Origin: an uncultured virus (IMG/VR IMGVR_UViG_3300013815_000001)
Lineage: Duplodnaviria > Heunggongvirae > Uroviricota > Caudoviricetes
Reading direction: 5' to 3' (one strand)
Virus record (IMG/VR): IMGVR_UViG_3300013815_000001
DNA: 64,000 nucleotides
The notes under the pieces are model-generated. The model did not search any database, was not told the origin of the DNA, and saw nothing but the letters and a program-made list of their open reading frames with translations. The position numbers and the translations under genes were made by a program. Numbering within the stretch: the first letter of the stretch is position 1; every line of letters begins with the position of its first letter. Of this stretch, positions 56,911 to 64,000 are shown piece by piece.

Positions 56911-57287
56911 ACTGTACCTATCCCAAAGTTACTGATCGTGATTTCCACCTTACCTTTGCTGGTTACCGGGCCCCATTCCACCAGCATCTTTTTCACCTGG
57001 CTGTCGTCCTCCCAGACATGAGCCAGCGTCAGTGCATCGAAAAGTGCCTTCAGATAGTTATCCAGATCGCGGCGTTTCCGGTCAGGCGGGTAAAGCACCA
57101 CCTCCACCGCCAGCAGGCTGGTGACAGGCCTGGGTATGCGCCGAAGTTGTTCAACTACGGCCGCTGCGGCATTGCTCTGATATTTGCGCCCGTCGGCGCT
57201 GACAAGATGACGGCCTTTTAGCGGCCCCTTAGTCGGGGCGCGCCAGTAGCTGTTAACGCTGGGGGGAAAAGGCAGGGTCAGCTTCAT
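56907..57287 (-). CDS. rusA: RusA Holliday junction resolvase
   Basis: LPFPPSVNSYWR, RDLDNYLKALFDAL, DDSQV. Confidence 0.93.
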   Translation of the reverse strand: MKLTLPFPPSVNSYWRAPTKGPLKGRHLVSADGRKYQSNAAAAVVEQLRRIPRPVTSLLAVEVVLYPPDRKRRDLDNYLKALFDALTLAHVWEDDSQVKKMLVEWGPVTSKGKVEITISNFGIGTV

Positions 57288-57613
57288 GCAATGGCACCCC
57301 GCGCTTTCAGGAACGCCACCGCGCGATCGCGCGATTTGGCCTCACCTTCTACCATCGCACGCAGCAGAGAAACCGCCTCATCTTCTTTGGCGATGCCGTT
57401 GATGGTGATGCCGCGGGCGACGCCTTTTGATAACGATATGGCGCCTTTCTTCTCCAGCGTACGCAGCATGTCGGTCGCAGCGTTGGGTGAAGCGGCCCCC
57501 ATCAGCTGAGCCACTTCTTTCTGTGTCGGCGGGTAACCTTTTCGTCTCTGGAAATCCGCGAGCATATCCAGCACCTCCTGCTGTCGGACGGTTAAAGCAG
57601 AGGCAGAATTCAT
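57284..57613 (-). CDS. LexA DNA-binding-domain-only protein
   Basis: LTVRQQEVLD...PPTQKEVAQLMG..SPNAA...LEKKG.I..GVARGI resembles the LexA N-terminal wHTH; no peptidase domain. Confidence 0.85.
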   Translation of the reverse strand: MNSASALTVRQQEVLDMLADFQRRKGYPPTQKEVAQLMGAASPNAATDMLRTLEKKGAISLSKGVARGITINGIAKEDEAVSLLRAMVEGEAKSRDRAVAFLKARGAIA

Positions 57614-58791
57614 GCCGCTTTCTCCCGCGCGCCAGCCATTTCGCGAACGGAGGCTCTAAGCTGCCGAATGTTCCGCCAGTGCGTGGTGTCAATTGCCCCG
57701 ACAACCAGCAGAACCTCATCCATCGCCAGGCCATGCTGCTCTTCAGCTTCGCGAGCGACCGTCGCAAGCCGTTCGTGCATGTCTTTCCGCTCCGCATCAT
57801 CCTGAAAGGCAAAATCATGGAGGGCCATAAAAGCTCGCAGCTTCACGCCGTTGTGATGCTCTTTAATCAGTTCCTGCGCGCGCGAAATGACATCCGCAGT
57901 CACCGTCACCAGCATCGGGCTTTCTACAGAATCGGCGGCCCAGCTGTGAGCAAAGCGGGATTCATGGAAGGCATACACCTCTTTGCTGCCGAACGCCGCG
58001 GTGGCACAGGCCCAGACTTCAACGCCGCTTCGTTCCAGGATGTCGGCTGCTGTCAGCGGTAATTCACTTTCATCAGCCTGCAGTTGCTGCTCAGTTTCTG
58101 AATGCAGATCTGTTTCATCCTCATCGGGTTCCAGGCGGTTACTCATCAGCAGGCGTTCAGCCTGACGGCGTATCTGTGCAATAAACGCGTCGCCGTGCGC
58201 TTCCAGCTCGTTACGGCTGATGTAGCTCATTGCCGGGCCGCGCCAGGTCTTATCGAATACCGCAATTGCACCTGCAAAAAACGCGCCGGACGGGATCTGC
58301 TTTTCGTCTTTAGGCATGAACCATGACGGAAGATCGAAACCGATGCGGCCACGGATAAAGGCGATGTGATCCGCGTCTTCCGGCCACCAGACCTCGCTGG
58401 TGGCCGCCTTAATCAAAAAGACGTACCGCCCGCCTTTTTCCCGCATCGCGCTGGCATGCTGCATGATGTAGCGCATGCCTGTGATGTACTCACCGTCGTG
58501 CCTGGACGCGCGGCTGTACGGAGGGTTGCCGAACGCGGCGCCGTTGAGTTCGGCCAGACACGCGGACCAGTCCTGCGTCAGCGCGTTATCTTCGGCGGTG
58601 TAATAAGCGTCACATTTGGCGTTCTCGCCATCAGAGAACAGGTCCAGTACGAGCGGGCCGAACATGGCGTTGATGCCCCAAAAAATATTGTCCGGCGTGC
58701 GCCACTGATCGCCGACTTCCTTAAGTTCGTGAGCCGGTTTGCTGCGCAGCGCCGCCAGCGCCTGGTTATAAGCATTCAACGCGTGCATCAC
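57610..58791 (-). CDS. dam: phage N6-adenine DNA methyltransferase with C-terminal extension
   Basis: DQWRTP, LDLF, NPPYS motif IV, RGRIGF. Confidence 0.9.
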   Translation of the reverse strand: MMHALNAYNQALAALRSKPAHELKEVGDQWRTPDNIFWGINAMFGPLVLDLFSDGENAKCDAYYTAEDNALTQDWSACLAELNGAAFGNPPYSRASRHDGEYITGMRYIMQHASAMREKGGRYVFLIKAATSEVWWPEDADHIAFIRGRIGFDLPSWFMPKDEKQIPSGAFFAGAIAVFDKTWRGPAMSYISRNELEAHGDAFIAQIRRQAERLLMSNRLEPDEDETDLHSETEQQLQADESELPLTAADILERSGVEVWACATAAFGSKEVYAFHESRFAHSWAADSVESPMLVTVTADVISRAQELIKEHHNGVKLRAFMALHDFAFQDDAERKDMHERLATVAREAEEQHGLAMDEVLLVVGAIDTTHWRNIRQLRASVREMAGAREKAA

Positions 58792-59024
58792 AGTTCCCCC
58801 ACATAGTTACCGGCCAGATAGCAACGACCTTTCACGTAACCAGCGCGGTTGCTCATCTTCAGGCACTGGGTACGCTTCTTCGCCAGCCGTTCGCGGTCCC
58901 GGTTACTCTTCGAGGCATCGAACGCAGCCAGGTAGGCATGTGCGGCGCGGCGCCACAGATGCTGTCTTTCCAGCTGGCAGGCCAGCTCTTCAAAAACTTC
59001 GTGTTTCAGCTTCTCGTTTGTCAT
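58788..59024 (-). CDS. PerC-family protein
   Basis: LERQHLWRRAA...ERERLAKKRTQCL-like pattern. Confidence 0.7.
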   Translation of the reverse strand: MTNEKLKHEVFEELACQLERQHLWRRAAHAYLAAFDASKSNRDRERLAKKRTQCLKMSNRAGYVKGRCYLAGNYVGEL

Positions 59025-59917
59025 GATCTGAACCCCTCCGGAACCTGGCTGTAATCAACACCGGCATAGCTGGCTTTAAATGCGCTGTCGTCGCGCTGCA
59101 CACTGCGCTGCTTCCACTGCTGGCGGGGCGGGCGTCCGCGCTCTTTCCAGCGGGTAGCGCTCAGCAGGTAGCCTTCAAGCTTGCCCGGGACGAACAGCGT
59201 CTGCGGGCGCATGTAGTCATACATCTCCGTGTCGTGCCAGTGCTCGTGCTTGTAGTCGACAACGAGCTGCAGGTCGTCCACCGAATGACCTTCGCGCAGC
59301 CGGGCCCGGATGTTCTCCAGTGAGGATTTCGAGTTCTGGTAACGCGCGCCGGTGACCAGATTCAGGTGTTTCAGCACAGCAATCGCTTTATCGGTGATCA
59401 GCTGCTCAGCGTCGGGTTGCCCGGCAACCTGACGAGAAGGTTTTTTATCTGATGGTTCTTGTTTTGAAGTTACTGACGGATCGTGTCCAGATTCTGGACC
59501 CTGAGAAGCCCCGTTTTGGCGGTTTTCCGGACGTTCAGATTCTGGACATCCAGCTTCTGAACCTTCGGATTCTGAATGTCCGGATTCTGAATGTTCAGAA
59601 TCCGGACCCTGAGAATAAGCACCGGCAGCAGCCTGGCGCAGGCGCAGCACGTTCAGCGTGTAGATGTTGGTACCGCTGCGCTGGCCCTGACGGCGTTCTT
59701 TACGAGTCAGCCATCCGTCACGCTCAAGCTCACCAACTGCGGTAATAACGGTGCTGCGACCGGCGCCAATCTGGCGCGCGATGGTGTCGACGCTGGGCCA
59801 GCTGATACCTTCATCGCTGGAAAAATCAGCCAGGCGCGCCAGAATCAGCAGCTTCGTGCCTTTGATTCCGGCACTCGCGCAGCCATCCCAGACGTAGGCT
59901 GATAACTTAACGCTCAT
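59021..59917 (-). CDS. replication initiator (O-like, HTH plus conserved C-terminal domain)
   Basis: LARLADFSSDEGISWPSVDTIARQ; Ser/Glu low-complexity repeats; YMRPQTLF. Confidence 0.88.
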   Translation of the reverse strand: MSVKLSAYVWDGCASAGIKGTKLLILARLADFSSDEGISWPSVDTIARQIGAGRSTVITAVGELERDGWLTRKERRQGQRSGTNIYTLNVLRLRQAAAGAYSQGPDSEHSESGHSESEGSEAGCPESERPENRQNGASQGPESGHDPSVTSKQEPSDKKPSRQVAGQPDAEQLITDKAIAVLKHLNLVTGARYQNSKSSLENIRARLREGHSVDDLQLVVDYKHEHWHDTEMYDYMRPQTLFVPGKLEGYLLSATRWKERGRPPRQQWKQRSVQRDDSAFKASYAGVDYSQVPEGFRS

Positions 59918-60081
59918 GCATCCACCCTTTTGAACTTCTCGCGGAACCGCTCAACAGGCTGCATGCAGTCGTGCGGGTAACCCGCGCGCCGGAAGATAAC
60001 CTGTCGCTTTTCGGGGTCGTAACCAGTGACGTGGACTTCAGTTCCCCGCCAGTCGCGGTATCGTCTGTTGAGTTCCTGCAC
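59914..60081 (-). CDS. DUF4222-like small protein (not in ORF track)
   Basis: GTG start; MQELNRRYRDWRGTEVHVTGYDPEKRQVIFRRAGYPHDCMQPVERFREKFKRVDA, ATGA overlap with rep. Confidence 0.7.
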   Translation of the reverse strand: MQELNRRYRDWRGTEVHVTGYDPEKRQVIFRRAGYPHDCMQPVERFREKFKRVDA

Positions 60082-60274
60082 GCGAAAGCCTCCGCCTGGC
60101 GGTTAAACTCCCCTACCATCTGCTGAACGAGCTGGTAGCTGACGGGCACACAATGGCCTGATACTCTCACTGCATACCGGTACTGCACCGGACCGGCTCC
60201 GCCCGGTACCGGCAGCGCAATAAGTTGCGACCTGCGGTAACGTGTTGTTAAACTGTTCATGCGTAGTTTCTCCA

Positions 60275-60811
60275 CTATTGAAAAGACGCGCCCGACGCCT
60301 CGAGCTGCACACTCGGGGCGTCACCTTTTCTGGTGCTCATAAATACTTCTACTGCCTGGTCTGAAACCCCATACAGCGCCATAAAGCCCATGAACCCGTG
60401 GAACTGGTGGCGAATTGTCTTGCGAAACAGCTCAGAGAGCTTTTTGCGTTCATGACGGTCAATTACCCCATCCTCCGCCGCTTCAATCTGCGCCTGCGCC
60501 AGCTGGCCTTTCGCCGCGCTGGTTTTCATGTCGATCGCGAACAGGTCCACGTTGTCCATGCTTTCCGGCTTCGGAACGTCCACCAGCAATTTGCCAACGC
60601 GCGCCGCGGCATATTCCGCCAGCATTGATACGCCGGACAGGTCCTCCATGCGTTCAAGTTCGGCCAGCGTGAAGAAGCGGCTGCCGCATTTCTGGTACAT
60701 GTGGTTATGAAAGGTGTCGATGCTCATGCCGAGATCAGCAGCCATCCCGAGGCGGCCGGCGGGATGCGCCTTACACATCGCGCTGATTGCTGCTTTGATG
60801 TTGTCTACCAT
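60275..60811 (-). CDS. YmfL-family (CII-like) regulator
   Basis: AMCKAHPAGRLGMAADLGMS..FHNHMYQKCGSRFF, AAEDGVIDRHE. Confidence 0.8.
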   Translation of the reverse strand: MVDNIKAAISAMCKAHPAGRLGMAADLGMSIDTFHNHMYQKCGSRFFTLAELERMEDLSGVSMLAEYAAARVGKLLVDVPKPESMDNVDLFAIDMKTSAAKGQLAQAQIEAAEDGVIDRHERKKLSELFRKTIRHQFHGFMGFMALYGVSDQAVEVFMSTRKGDAPSVQLEASGASFQ

Positions 60812-60841
60812 CTTGTTTTCCTTTTGGTAGTTAACGGTTGA

Positions 60842-61099
60842 TTAATTTGCCGCTAAATTGGCGTTGCCAGGTTTGGCTGTTTCTTGTTCGGTTGTCTGAT
60901 AACGGCTGGGGTAAAGAATCTGCAATTCGTCTATCTCCCCGTCGTAGAACTTCACAAGCTTTTCAGCCAACTCAACGGAAGGAACTTGCTCACAACGTTC
61001 GATGCGACTTAGCGTGGCAGGGTCAACCTGAACACCGCCAGCAACATGAGATAACGTATAACCGTGCGAATTGCGCAATTTTCTCAATGGGGATTGCAT
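60842..61099 (-). CDS. cro: Cro-like HTH repressor
   Basis: SPLRKLR...VDPATLSRIER..QVPS; divergent from cI. Confidence 0.85.
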   Translation of the reverse strand: MQSPLRKLRNSHGYTLSHVAGGVQVDPATLSRIERCEQVPSVELAEKLVKFYDGEIDELQILYPSRYQTTEQETAKPGNANLAAN

Positions 61100-61113
61100 A
61101 ACGCCTCCTATAT

Positions 61114-61176
61114 TTGCGTAATACGCATGTTATTGCATGTTGTAATCTTGCGCAAGTTACTTTGCATGAAACGCAA
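61114..61176. promoter_or_regulatory. oR operators
   Basis: 15-bp imperfect palindromes TTGCGTAATACGCAT (61114-61128) and TTGCATGAAACGCAA (61162-61176). Confidence 0.7.
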
Positions 61177-61190
61177 AATGGACATGTAAT

Positions 61191-61892
61191 ATGCGCATGA
61201 ACATAGGAAATCGAGTTAGACAGCTTCGCCTGGCGAAGAATATGAAAATTGCTGAATTAGCTGACGCCGTTGAAGTGGATGCGGCGAATATTTCTCGTCT
61301 TGAAACAGGTAAACAAAAGCAATTTACAGAACAGACACTTAATCGATTAGCGCAAGCTTTAGGCGTAACTGTCGCTGACCTCTTTACCTCGACCGACAAT
61401 GAGACTACTGTATATAAAAACAGTAAACCAGATTCCGCAGTCGGAGAGGGTACCGATGTGTTTAGAGTCGAAGTTCTTGATGCCTGCGCAAGTGCTGGGG
61501 TGGGTTATATACAAGGAAGTGATGTGATCGATGTTATTCAGGCGATTGAATACAGCCACGAAAAAGCTTTAGCGATGTTTGGTGGTAGATCCGCTGGAAA
61601 CGTTAAAGTGATAAACGTTCGTGGCGATAGCATGTCGCCCACCATTGAGCCTGGTGACTTAGTTTTCGTCGATGTCTCGATTAATGAGTTTGATGGTGAC
61701 GGCATTTACACCTTTGGTTTTGATGGAAAAATCTACGCCAAACGCCTCCAAATGATACCAGACCAACTTCTTGTTATTTCAGACAATCCTAAATATCGAG
61801 AATGGAGCATAGACAAGAGTAACGAGCATCGTTTCTATATTTATGGAAAGGTGTTGATAAGCCAATCGCAGGCGTTTAAAAGGCACGGCTAA
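61191..61892 (+). CDS. cI: CI repressor (HTH plus S24 peptidase)
   Basis: IGNRVRQLR..ISRLETGK; ASAG cleavage site, GDSM, KRLQ. Confidence 0.93.
   Translation: MRMNIGNRVRQLRLAKNMKIAELADAVEVDAANISRLETGKQKQFTEQTLNRLAQALGVTVADLFTSTDNETTVYKNSKPDSAVGEGTDVFRVEVLDACASAGVGYIQGSDVIDVIQAIEYSHEKALAMFGGRSAGNVKVINVRGDSMSPTIEPGDLVFVDVSINEFDGDGIYTFGFDGKIYAKRLQMIPDQLLVISDNPKYREWSIDKSNEHRFYIYGKVLISQSQAFKRHG
61408..61423. promoter_or_regulatory. intragenic LexA SOS box in cI
   Basis: TA-CTGTATATAAAAACAG-TA, near-consensus. Confidence 0.65.
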
Positions 61893-61945
61893 TCCTCGAA
61901 ACACAATAACAGGTCGCACAAGCGGCCTTTTTTTCACCCTCAAAA

Positions 61946-61982
61946 TTGCGCAATATGCAATTAACACTTGCGTAATTCGCAA
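61946..61982. promoter_or_regulatory. oL operators / pL region
   Basis: TTGCGCAATATGCAA (61946-61960) and TTGCGTAATTCGCAA (61968-61982), same motif as oR. Confidence 0.75.
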
Positions 61983-62164
61983 TTTAGAATTATTTTCTGT
62001 ACGTGGAGTGTGAACAACCAATTTACACAGCACACAAGAGCATCACTGGGTGACCGGCTCATGACCCAATCCACCCGGGCGGAACTCCTAACCGTAGGTG
62101 CTCTTCTGTGTTGTGTGGAGAAACTACGACCGGCGGTTGCAGCCGCCTTTCTGAGGGTAAACCG

Positions 62165-62536
62165 ATGAGTAATGAACGTTTGACCAAAGTGCCTGAGTTT
62201 CTGGGCGAACTGGACGGAGGGGTGTTCGAAAACAAAATCGCCCTGGCACTCAGCGAAGTTGCATTTGGCGTGCTGAACAACGGCACCAAAGGAAAAGTTA
62301 CCGTGACCTTTGAGCTCGACCGCATGAGCAATTCCGTCGAAGAGAAGCGCGTGATGATTAAGCACAAGCTGTCATATATGCGCCCCACTCCGCGCGGCAA
62401 ATCCTCGGAGGAAGACACCACCGAGACGCCGATGTACGTAAACCGCGGCGGCAAGCTTTCCATTCTGCAGGAAGATCAGGGCCAGCTTTTTACTCTGGCT
62501 AGTGATCCTGATGCCAAGCTGCGTGCCAAGCAGTAA
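62165..62536 (+). CDS. YfdP-like early protein
   Basis: GAGGG RBS; MSNERLTKVPEFLGELDGGVF...EEDTTETPMYVNRGG. Confidence 0.75.
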   Translation: MSNERLTKVPEFLGELDGGVFENKIALALSEVAFGVLNNGTKGKVTVTFELDRMSNSVEEKRVMIKHKLSYMRPTPRGKSSEEDTTETPMYVNRGGKLSILQEDQGQLFTLASDPDAKLRAKQ

Positions 62537-62567
62537 ATCCTACCATTCAACCAGTTAAGGAATAACC

Positions 62568-63392
62568 ATGTCCCACTCTTTAGACGCAACTGCGATCGAT
62601 AAAATTGGCGATCTGACCCTCTCCCGTTTTATGGAAGAAAAGCTTGAAAGCGTGGACTGCCCCGCAGCCGTTGTTCCGCAGGGCGCACGAATCGACAGTC
62701 TGGAATCCCTTTGCCTGGAGCGCTTTCGATTTCGCGGCAAAATGGTGACCGCCAGCATTGAAGACTTTGCCCGCTACTCTACTGGCTACGCTGCAGAGGG
62801 TACCCGTTGCTTTATTAATGCCGAAGATATGCGTGCTGTTGCGGTATTTAACCTCGGAACCCTGGATAAACCCGGCCACGCTGATAATACCGCGCTGCTG
62901 GCGCTGAAGAAGACCGCGCCCTTTTCCGCACTGCTTTGCATCAACGGCGACCGCCATACACAGAAAGAGCTGGCCGAATGGCTGGAAGACTGGTCTGAAT
63001 GCCTGATCGGCTTTGACGCCGACGGCCAGCCGATTGATGCGAAGAAGTCGGCTGCGGCAATTCGCAAAATCTCCATCGAGTCGATTCAGAAAGCTGACTT
63101 TGAAGATGGTGACTTCAGCGGCAAGCGCTCCCTGATGGAAAGCGTAGAAGCCAGAACGCAGGACATCATGCCGGTAGCCTTTGAATTTACCTGCGTGCCG
63201 TTTGAAGGTCTGGCTGAGCGTCGCTTTAAGTTACGTCTGAGCATTATCGGTGGCGACCGTCCGGTTCTTGTTCTGCGCATCGTCCAGCTCGAAGCCCAAC
63301 AGGAAGAAATGGCTGCAGAGTTTCGCGACCTGCTGATTGAAAAATTCAAAGACAGCCAGGTAGAAACGTTTATTGGCCAATTCTCAGCTTAA
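62568..63392 (+). CDS. YfdQ / DUF2303-family protein
   Basis: [29 protein letters not shown]. Confidence 0.82.
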   Translation: MSHSLDATAIDKIGDLTLSRFMEEKLESVDCPAAVVPQGARIDSLESLCLERFRFRGKMVTASIEDFARYSTGYAAEGTRCFINAEDMRAVAVFNLGTLDKPGHADNTALLALKKTAPFSALLCINGDRHTQKELAEWLEDWSECLIGFDADGQPIDAKKSAAAIRKISIESIQKADFEDGDFSGKRSLMESVEARTQDIMPVAFEFTCVPFEGLAERRFKLRLSIIGGDRPVLVLRIVQLEAQQEEMAAEFRDLLIEKFKDSQVETFIGQFSA

Positions 63393-63524
63393 TTCGCTGC
63401 CTTAAATGCCCCGCATAAGGGGCATTTAGTGAAGCGTAATTCTTTTTTTATCGCCATCTGGTGAGGGATTCGCTCAACCAAAATTCAGCGCGGTGCAGCG
63501 CAAAGCTAAGTGGAGGAACACGCA

Positions 63525-63917
63525 TTGAATTACGAAAAAACGAAGGAGCTCGCGAAATCAGGCCACCAGCTGGTGGTGCTTTTGGGCACGCAGAACGGTA
63601 TGCATGAAGCCGCCTCTCTTGTTCAGCGTATGGCCGGGCAGCTCGATCTCTTAGCTGTAGTGTTAAACGAAAAGACGAAGCTGTGCGAAGCCTTGACGGC
63701 GGAGAACTCCTGTCTACTACAAAAAACTACCAGCGAGTTGTCGCAAGGCATCAGGAATGCGATCGATACCTGCTCTGACTATCTGGATACTGACTGCGTA
63801 ATGGAAAGACTGGATATTAGTTATGAACAAGCAGAGCTGCGTACAGCTGGCGCAACTGAACTGCATGATGCTCTGGTCGCATTGGCAAATTCATTGAGCG
63901 AATGCGGTGCATCATGA
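63525..63917 (+). CDS. hypothetical early phage protein
   Basis: GGAGG RBS before TTG; coiled-coil. Confidence 0.6.
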   Translation: MNYEKTKELAKSGHQLVVLLGTQNGMHEAASLVQRMAGQLDLLAVVLNEKTKLCEALTAENSCLLQKTTSELSQGIRNAIDTCSDYLDTDCVMERLDISYEQAELRTAGATELHDALVALANSLSECGAS

Positions 63918-64000
63918 CCAAAAAAACAGATTACCGCGCAATCGTCGAGCGTATCGCAGAAATTCTGCATGGCAGCGTCACGGATGTGGATCTGCTGACC
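63914..64000 (+). CDS. hypothetical protein, partial
   Basis: ATGA overlap; MTKKTDYRAIVERIAEILHGSVTDVDLLT open to window end. Confidence 0.5.
   Translation, partial: MTKKTDYRAIVERIAEILHGSVTDVDLLT

Larger units (their letters stand above)
18163..64000. mobile_element. lambdoid siphovirus prophage (HK97-type head, lambda-type tail), integrase end beyond window
   Basis: Tail-head-packaging-lysis-Q-replication-cro/cI-early-left order; left boundary inferred from the att core. Confidence 0.88.

Noticed and set aside
59480..59620. TTCAGA/TCCGGA short repeats as a CRISPR-like or novel array
   Set aside because: Inside the replication gene with no spacers; best explained as origin iterons or low-complexity coding
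59907..60275. 122-aa ORF overlapping the DUF4222-like gene
   Set aside because: The 5' half may be a real small gene, but the 3' half overlaps a better-supported ORF; boundaries uncertain
1..64000. CRISPR array, retron/reverse transcriptase, DGR or invertase system
   Set aside because: No regularly spaced repeats, RT motifs or serine invertase seen

Overview
Enterobacterial chromosome segment (GC-rich host codon style; Cronobacter-like is a guess) made almost entirely of two prophages in tandem at the tmRNA (ssrA) attachment site. (1) 1-18162 is the head/lysis/replication/immunity half of a P2-like (186/Fels-2-type) prophage. It has a nonsense-interrupted small terminase gpM, an assembly gap in gpN, a cos site, AT-rich cargo in the gpQ-gpA hotspot (unknown three-gene block and an HNH nuclease), a LexA-controlled tum antirepressor, and a RES-domain gene between int and the 45-bp ssrA 3'-end duplication. 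(2) 18163->64000 is a lambdoid siphovirus prophage whose integrase end lies outside the window. Its left end carries a umuC relic, an IS1222-like IS3 element, a STAND/NACHT-like NTPase gene bracketed by two related palindromes, and umuDC. These are followed by tail and head genes, two glycosyltransferases next to the packaging HNH, lysis genes, an RNase toxin-immunity pair downstream of pR', Q, nin-like genes, replication, cro/cI and early-left genes. Top hypothesis: a virion O-glycosylation system like that of mycobacteriophages, because both capsid and tail tube end in a C-terminal Ser. All family assignments come from motif recognition by eye, not database searches.
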